A DNA stretch of 58,535 bases, the filler included, from Squatina squatina (taxonomy: Eukaryota): the NCBI GenBank assembly GCA_031763465.1. It is 4 parts of 4 records of this genome, joined end to end, with 100 filler letters (N's around TTAATTAATTAA, not from the genome) between each part and the next. Parts side by side here need not be neighbours in the genome. Positions count along the whole stretch, not along the records: positions 43,883 to 58,535 come from JARFOE010000057.1; 3 more parts are not named here. One strand, 5' to 3'. Shown here piece after piece: positions 50,930-58,535 of the stretch; position 1 is the stretch's first letter; the number at the start of each line of letters is the position of its first letter. Under the pieces are notes generated by a model. It made no database searches. It had not been told where the DNA came from and was given only the letters and a program-made list of their open reading frames with translations. The position numbers and the translations under genes are program-made.

Positions 50930-51200
50930 CTGAGTGAGACTGATCCATATAGACCAGGAATGTCCCCAAGTTCGATCCCTGGTATATGCCTATTTAGCTC
51001 ATCTCTGCCAGGCAGTTGTGGGGGCACCAGAATTGGCCTCAGTGTCTTTGCATTAGGGAAAGAGGCAAATCAGCCAGGATCCCTCTTCCTAGTCACTGCT
51101 CAATGACTCCCGTTTAAAGCTGCGTGTTTGTAAATGTTGGGTAAGGTTAGCTTTGCACTGGGCTATGACGCCTTCACAGTCAAATAGTCGCTGCCACTTA
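50930..51200 (+). mobile_element. tRNA-derived SINE fragment
   Basis: B-box-like GTTCGATCCC followed by ggggcaccagaattggcctcagtg. A related inverted copy lies at about 32960-33075. Confidence 0.55.
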
Positions 51201-53539
51201 CTGTCTACCTTTATACGTGAAGAATGGCAGCTTGGGTGAGGTACTGAAGAGCGGCTGGTGCTCTGGCTCTGTATCTCAGCAAGGGTCAGCATCTTTCAGG
51301 GAGGGTGGGGAGTGCCAAGGGAGTTGGGTGTGGAGAAAAGAACTATAAAGTTGTGGCGATTTCTGTGAGGTTACTGGGCCAGGGCAGCCAAACACACAAG
51401 CCTCCTTGTGACGCATTGCGTTGAGTCAGGGTCCTTGGGCTGTGTTGAGCGTGATTTTTTGAGGTGAAAGGGTTGGGAGTTTGTCACGGATTTTATCCAT
51501 GGTGGACCACTCTGCTAGTGCATCGATGGACAGCTCAAGTTGCCTCCGAGAGTCGATGTCAAGTGCGGGACGTGTTTCATCACCTCCGGCGTTGTGAACA
51601 CCCTTGGCATCATTCTCTCAGGGCTACACCGGCCTTGAAGGGTTGTCAGTCTATTGGCGTCAGGCCAGGTGTTGAAACCTGTGGCTGGTCAGTGCTGGAC
51701 GCTGGTTAAGTAACCCGGTGCATCTCCAGGAAATGTCAAGGGCTCTGGACTCTTGGAGGAGGGGAGTGGAGGAAACCCCATCAAAAAGCTGGATGAGCTC
51801 GTCCTAGCTTTAGCCAATGACCTCCACAACCTGCAAGCTCGCTCGCCTCCATCAGCTCCCGATCCGGCAACACCTCGATTCTAAAATTCTCATCCTTGAG
51901 TTCGAATCCCTCCATGGCCTCGCCCCCTCCCTACATCTGAAACCTTCTCCGGTCCTACAGCCCACACCTGGAGTACTGTGTAGAGTTCTGGTCTCCTTGC
52001 CTAAGCAAAGACATACTTGCCTTAGAGGGAGTGCAGCAAAGGTTCGCTANNNNNNNNNNNNNNNNNNNNNNNNNNNNNNNNNNNNNNNNNNNNNNNNNNN
52101 NNNNNNNNNNNNNNNNNNNNNNNNNNNNNNNNNNNNNNNNNNNNNNNNNACACTAAAGAATACGTGACACTACATAAATATCCTATACACTGTTCTGATT
52201 CTTACATCTACCATTACAGCTATTGCGGGTAACCAGTTTGCCCAAAGTGTACTACAATTATTGAAGACTGGTTTGCATTAAGAATTCATTAAATAATTCA
52301 TGTTTCCTGCCAAAATTGTTTGGTGGACCCACAAAGATATGTGACTTTGCCTCTTCAACGTTCTAAAATATACACAGATGGCAAACTTATATTAAACTGT
52401 AGTGAGAAAGAAGATATCCTGAACATGTCATTTTTGAAGGATAGTGCTTTTGTGAGTAGAACAGAGAATAGAGACCATAGTTAAAATACTTCAAAGATGG
52501 TCAGCAACACATGTGTTTTTGACGCTGAAAGCAATTGGATATTCATGGTGCATATGCAGCTATGAAAGACCCCAAAAGTGATTAAGCATATTGGCATATT
52601 TGGTTGTTCTATCAAAAGTTGCTCTAGTGAAAGGACTTCAAATCTGATTTGTACATTGCTGATTATAAGGAAGCCACGACCTAAATGTAACCCGAGTCCT
52701 CAGCTCCTTCATGTCTGAGGTGACTTATGGAGCGGGCTGCCACCAAGCACAGTGAATGTGAACTCTGGAGGCTCTCAAAAAAAAAAAAATGGCCATCAGT
52801 CAAGATTGTATTATTTCTTAACCAATGCCAACAAAACACAATGGCTATTGAGCTTGGTGGCCCACCAGTATTCATAATAATCTCCAACAATGTCTTGAGT
52901 ATTTTCAGGGTTGCTATCCTTGTGCTTTCACCAACTGCTACTATTTGGATTAGCAGGTGAGAGCTTCCAATCCAGCAGATCTCTTTTGAAAGCCTTTTGT
53001 GTAAGCTCGTGGATACTTTCAACTTGTAACTAAATTCATAATCTCAAATCTTTACTTACACTAGTCTCCGTTAACTATGTTCGATTCATTTGTGAAAGCT
53101 TTATCGATGAACAGGACTAAAATCCTACCTCTTTGTGGTTATCACTGTTGTGGAAGGAAATTTAAATTGTTAATGTTCAAAATTTAATAGTTCGAAATAT
53201 CTTAATCTCCCGAACCAATTTGTATGTGTTTTTACAGGGGAGGGGTGGTTACAGTTAGAATTGAAAAAGAGGAAAAGGTCTGGTCATAAGTCCAACTCTG
53301 AAACCTCAAGCAGCATTGCCAGTTTTGTTAGCATACAGAGAGCACAACATCTCTGGGGAGGGTAGAATATAATTGTAGCCCTGCAATACAGAATACAATT
53401 AGCTCTTCATAAGTACAATAGTAGTACCAGTAAGAAGATAGTCGAGACAGGGTTCAGGATACTAACAGATGAAAAACACAAGCTGTTTAAAAATACTGAA
53501 GAACTATTTCCGCCAAGCATTCATAAGGGAAAACCTGAG

Positions 53540-53960
53540 CAACATGGCATCTTCAGAGTTATCAAAATGAATGGATATAACTGGAAGTTCTAGACTGGCT
53601 AAAAGGGTTCAAAAATAATAAATCTCGAGGGTCGGATGCGAGTTATCCCAGAGTGCTCAAGGAGAATTATGAGGTATTGACTATCATTAATAGGGAGTCA
53701 CTGGATAATGGGAAGGTACCAGTAAATTAGAAACTGGCCAATGTGGTGCCAACATTAGAGTGGCAAACCATACTTGAACAATACAGACCCATTAGTCTTA
53801 CATAAATCTTGTGTAAAATAAAGGAATTGATTATCAGCTGTAAATTTGATTCTGTATAATAACTTAATTCACAGCAGTCAATGTGGATTCAGAGGAGAAA
53901 AATCCTGCCTCACCTTGACTCCTTTGAATAAGTGATATCTGAGGCGAACTGTGGCCAGCC
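53540..53960 (+). mobile_element. CR1 LINE fragment (pre-RT region), degenerate
   Basis: ccagagtgctcaagga (PRVLK), gccaatgtggtgcca (ANVVP), tacagacccattagtcttaca (YRPISLT) and aaatcctgcctcacc (KSCLT). Confidence 0.8.
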
Positions 53961-54335
53961 CTAATTAATTGGCTAACGGCTGCCTGTTCCGGGGAGTTAA
54001 GTTGGGATGGAGCTACGTATTGAGTGGGGTGGCCCAGGGCTCAGTATTCAAATCATAAATCTAAATGAGAAACAGCAGTAGTTTGAACACAAAAACCCAA
54101 TGAAAATAGGTAAAATCTGTAGATGATACTAAACCAAGTGAGGTAGCTCAGAAATTGTAGATTAAGCTGGACAAAATATGCAAGTATAAGTGTAAACTAC
54201 TGCGNNNNNNNNNNNNNNNNNNNNNNNNNNNNNNNNNNNNNNNNNNNNNNNNNNNNNNNNNNNNNNNNNNNNNNNNNNNNNNNNNNNNNNNNNNNNNNNN
54301 NNNNGAGAGAGAGAGATTTCTTAAGGTTTCCTTAC

Positions 54336-54435
54336 CTTGGTTTGCCTTGCTTCCCGCGGTGCTGAGTGGGTTTAAGAGAATGAGGAGCAAACAGTAGCAG
54401 CCGGACAGACGGATAGCCCCCATTCTGCTCTGCAT
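54336..54435 (-). CDS. Probable first coding exon (signal peptide) of an unidentified secreted or type I membrane protein
   Basis: MQSRMGAIRLSGCYCLLLILLNPLSTAGSKANQ followed by a phase-1 donor G|GTAAGG. Both ATGs have A at -3. Upstream lie GA/CT tracts and a CpG-enriched region (about 55290-55480). Confidence 0.6.
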
Positions 54436-56207
54436 TTTCAGAGGAGCCTTTCTGAGAAAGGATGAGACGCGATTATTTATCTTCCCTCTCTCTCTCTCTC
54501 TCTCTCTCCTCTTGGAGGTCCTGATGGAGCTAAAAAGAACCTCGGTCGGAGCCTTCCCACGTCATTCAGGTCGCCCTCTGTGGGATCAGAAGGATCTGCT
54601 CTGTCCTGCTCATTGCTTTAACACAAGGTCTGGAGGGAGGAGAGAGGAGAGAGACACACACACGCACACGCACAAGAGAAAGAGAGAGAAGGAAGGAGAG
54701 AAAGAAGAGGATCAGAGATGGAGAGGGTGAGTCTCTGGATCTTACACTGAATTCAAAAAAAAAAGGTGGGGGGTGGGAGGAGGAGGAGGGAGACACGCAG
54801 TGCTTCCAGTCTCTGCAGGAATTTACAATCAGCTGCTGCCCCAAAGAAATTCCTGCCAGAGAGAGAAAAAAAAAGGGCTGGAGGAGGACCTCCAGTCTCC
54901 ATGGAAACGGCTTCTCTGGGATCAGGAGGTCAGAGCAGGACCATGTGCAATCAATGGATCGATAAAGGCAGGATCATGTCGCCGGGCCAGCCCGGCCATT
55001 AGAAAATGCACAAATCCAGCCAGCGATGAATGGACCTGAAGGTTCTGCCATTCAGGAGCAAGTGAAAGAATCAGAACAGAAATTGATTGTAATGGACAGA
55101 TTGGTAATAAAGAGAGGTTTGGATTGGAGCGCCAGCAGTACAAGTGAAATGTTTTTTTTATATATATATGTTATTATTAAACACGACCACCTACCCGATG
55201 AAACTAAGAACTTGAACTAGCGACCAAGCAATTCAAAACTCGGATTGAACAGTGCCACGAATGAGCTCGCAATTTTTTTTTTCAAAGTTCAAACGAGGCC
55301 AGCAGCCTGCGGAGCGACTCTCCAATTAGTGCGCGGTGACATTTCCCTGTGTTTGAAAGGGCAGACTATTTAAATAAGTCCGATTATATTGTGTGTGCAA
55401 CGCAATCGATTCACACCGGGGACAGTTAACTCCGTGCAAATTCCCGCATTAGTCAGCGCGCTGGCAGCGCCGCCACTTTGTCTTGTTCCCTCAAATCCAA
55501 ATCTCAGAGCAACGTTTGTATTTTTTTTTCTCTCCCCTCTCAAACCTGTAAAATGTCAAGCCCACGCAGGGGTAAGTCACCGTGACAATGAATCACTTCA
55601 GACAGGGGAGGAGTTGGCACTTGGTAGGGGTGGAAATAGGGGCTCATTCCAGAGGGACAGGCAGACCGATACGATTCCTGTTATGGGAGATGTCTAGGTG
55701 GACAGGGGGACCACTGACTCCCCAACCCCGCCCCAGGTTTCATTTTTATCATTCACTCTTCAGCTAACAGACTTAAACAATGGGCAACTTTGAAGAAAGA
55801 GACGTGTTTATTTTTTTTCCCCCAAGATTGTGAAATGCTCCTGGAAAGAATTATTTATAATCGGTTATAATTTCAAACACACACACACACACACATTGCT
55901 TTCCTGTCACTTACCATTGCATTAATGACTGTTAAAGTATTAACTCACTGGTGTTAAGCAGTATATTAATATTTGACAGGAAAGTGAAAACCGAAAAGAA
56001 TTGAAGTTTCTGTTTCAGAGGCTGCTTTAATTAAGGGAAAATTCTGCTACATNNNNNNNNNNNNNNNNNNNNNNNNNNNNNNNNNNNNNNNNNNNNNNNN
56101 NNNNNNNNNNNNNNNNNNNNNNNNNNNNNNNNNNNNNNNNNNNNNNNNNNNNCTACAGAGATTATTATAAATCAAATTAATCAATGGAACCTACTATAGT
56201 GATTATT

Positions 56208-56410
56208 TGTGTGTGCATGTATGTGTGTCTGCCTGTGTATGTGTGCATGCATGTATGTGTGTGCTTGGATATGTGCATGTGCTTGTATATGTGTGTGTGT
56301 AAATATATGCATGGGTATGTGCGTGTGCTTGTATAAGTGTGTGTAAATATGTGCATGGTTATGTGTGTGTGCATATGTGCATGTATACATGTGTGTGCGC
56401 ATGTGTGTGA
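56208..56410. repeat. TG/ATGC-rich compound microsatellite
   Basis: Repeated tgtgtgcatgtatg-type units seen directly. Confidence 0.93.
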
Positions 56411-56865
56411 GGTAAGGAAAGACCAGATTCAGCTGGGATGTCCACCAAGGTGGAATAGCCTTCAGATACTCACTGTCCATGCTCACGCATAAAGAGTGAT
56501 CACTCAGGCAAGGAAGTACTAAACAAAACAAAATGAGGAGAGGCTATGGAACAAAGTGAATGAGGTGAGGGGAAATGAAATTCAGAGCAGGAGTGACAAA
56601 GGAAAAAAAATCTTATTAATTCTGTAAATTTTTTTAGGGAGTTCACCTAACATCAATCACCATTTTCTCCATTAGTGGTTTTGAGTTTAACAGACTTGAC
56701 AGAGGGGAATCTCCAGCCTGGTACTCAGGTTACTGTACTAACTATCTTTAAAGTATATAATATAGTAGCTATAATGTGAGAAATATATATTAGCTACAAT
56801 AGAAATTATAATGTGATTCATTAAAATATCACAAAATTTTAAAATAGTCTTTTCAAAACTGTTAC

Positions 56866-56976
56866 CTTGCAGGTTGATTTTGTAATAGTGGATCTGAGTG
56901 TTGCTGAAGATGGTTGATATTACCAAATGATGATGGTGCACAGCTTCTGAATCTACAGCACACTATCTTTATTCTG
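56866..56976 (-). CDS. Candidate internal exon of an unidentified gene
   Basis: Acceptor ttttttctccaacatttAG and donor AAG|GTAACA. One fully open frame RIKIVCCRFRSCAPSSFGNINHLQQHSDPLLQNQPA. No homology recognised. Confidence 0.3.
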
Positions 56977-58535
56977 CTAAATGTTGGAGAAAAAACATCT
57001 GAGTGAGGCCTAATTAATCAATGTGTTACTGATCGATCAGTTAGAGACCATATGCTGCAGAGCGAGAAAGGATCCCTTTGAGGCAGGACTGCGCATCGTC
57101 AACCACAAATCCATTGATCCGGATATTCCCAAATATACTGGTCAGCTGAGGATCAGCCAGCACCATCAAGAAATCATCTTATCGATTTTTTCCAGGAGAA
57201 GCTTCACACAATAAAACTGAATTTGCACTACAGATAGAAGTTTCCAGCAAATGTGCAGTACATGTGCCGTTATAGTGTGTGGTTTATTTATCAAGTTCCT
57301 CATTGAGGGCACTGGCCCCACCTCTAGGTACTGCATCTAAAGTCAATTGTAAATCAGGAGGATTGTGTGCATGCTGATGTCTATGGCCACTGCAAATCTC
57401 ATATCATTTACTGCAGCAAAGCAATGCTCAGTGCACCTATCAGACTGCTGGACTGTTTTGGAAAGGGTTGGTAATTTTGGTGCTGAGGGAAGGACAGTGC
57501 AAATAAACAAAACATTTTTCTCCTTCAAGCTACCTCTGTCAGCATTGTTCACTCCCTCATCTGTGCGTCAAGGGCCAGATATCGAGTGAAGCTCCCTCTA
57601 TACCAACCCCTAAAATCTGCCGTAGCCTCAACCTCAGAAGAGCACCCATTATAGCACCGGTGCCAATTTTCTATTTCCCTCATCAACCATCATCGTAGCC
57701 TGTCTGAATGAGTTGACAATTTAGTGCTAATTTGGTGGTAATTTAATACAGCTTTATGCACAGGGCTAGTAACGAAAAGGGTAAATCCAGCGCCCCCACC
57801 CACCCCCATCATCTTTGTGCCTTTGGTCCCTGCAAGCCTCTTACCAAAAACAGCTTCAAGGGGAAGGAATGCAACCTCTTCCTCAGAATCCACCAATCTC
57901 AGAACTTGCCATTTGAAAGTGTTTGACAGTAGCCTGAAGAAGACTTTCCCGCCTCTTTTCTTTGCCCTCTTGTGGGGATGTGCCTGGCTTCTTCACAGTG
58001 ACAGGATCGAGAGCAGGAATTCAGCAGAGTGGGGTGGGGCTGGTAATTTAATACCCTTATCTCACACATGGGTACAGTAATATAAATACAGGAGCGATCA
58101 TTTAAAACACTCTTGACACATGAACCAATTCAGGTTAATAGCATGTATAAATACTCGAATGCATTCAGTTTCAAATTACTCTGATTCAGATTCAGTGTGA
58201 TCTATTATAAGTGCAGCTTTAGAAAGATCGGTTCAAATAAACACACGGTGACAGCAACTGTTACAGGAGCTAGATGTTTACAGTTGTAATGTACCGTTCC
58301 AGGAGCTGTGATAACAGTGATGAGCCAGTCCTGTTACGAGGTTTATTACAGCAGTAAAGCTCGATTGCAGGAGGGAGCTATTCTCATAGGATTTGTTACA
58401 GTAACGTTCTGTTAGAGGAGCTAAGTATTATTATAGGAGCTTCATCATATAGGTAAATTGTATCTTTAACCTTCTGCCATAATGCTTAACTAATTAGGTC
58501 ATTTCAGCACGATTGTAATATATTCCAGAAGTTGG

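Noticed and set aside
52909-52956. Plus-strand 48-bp segment flanked by ttttcAG and GTGAGA
   Set aside because: No recognisable peptide, and it is antisense to the host gene candidate. Chance splice-like signals are likely.

Overview
This is vertebrate genomic DNA, most likely from a shark or ray (inferred from the CR1/L2/RTE LINE, tRNA-SINE and Harbinger repeat landscape), not prokaryotic, so almost all entries of the supplied ORF track are spurious. The window is four unrelated gap-rich scaffolds of about 15 kb, joined by artificial 100-bp linkers (44 N + TTAATTAATTAA + 44 N). Scaffold 1 (1-13409): exons of SLC39A9 (-), ERH (+), GALNT16 (-) and MIDEAS/ELMSAN1 (-). Scaffold 2 (13510-28752): RIF1 (-), TNFAIP6 (-), a VSTM2-family Ig exon (+) about 500 bp from the TNFAIP6 start codon, a PARP14-like RRM/KH gene (+) whose large exon stops before any macro or ART domain, and Harbinger remnants. 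Scaffold 3 (28853-43782): seven coding exons of ARPP21 (-) plus hairpin MITEs and an RTE fragment. Scaffold 4 (43883-end): an unidentified signal-peptide first exon (-), weaker exon candidates and repeats. I see no CRISPR, rRNA, tRNA or prokaryote-type system. The best novelty candidates are the possible extra VSTM2 paralogue head-to-head with TNFAIP6 and the apparently catalytic-domain-less PARP14-like gene. Gene identities come from manual translation and recalled human protein sequences, not from database searches. Repeat boundaries are approximate.
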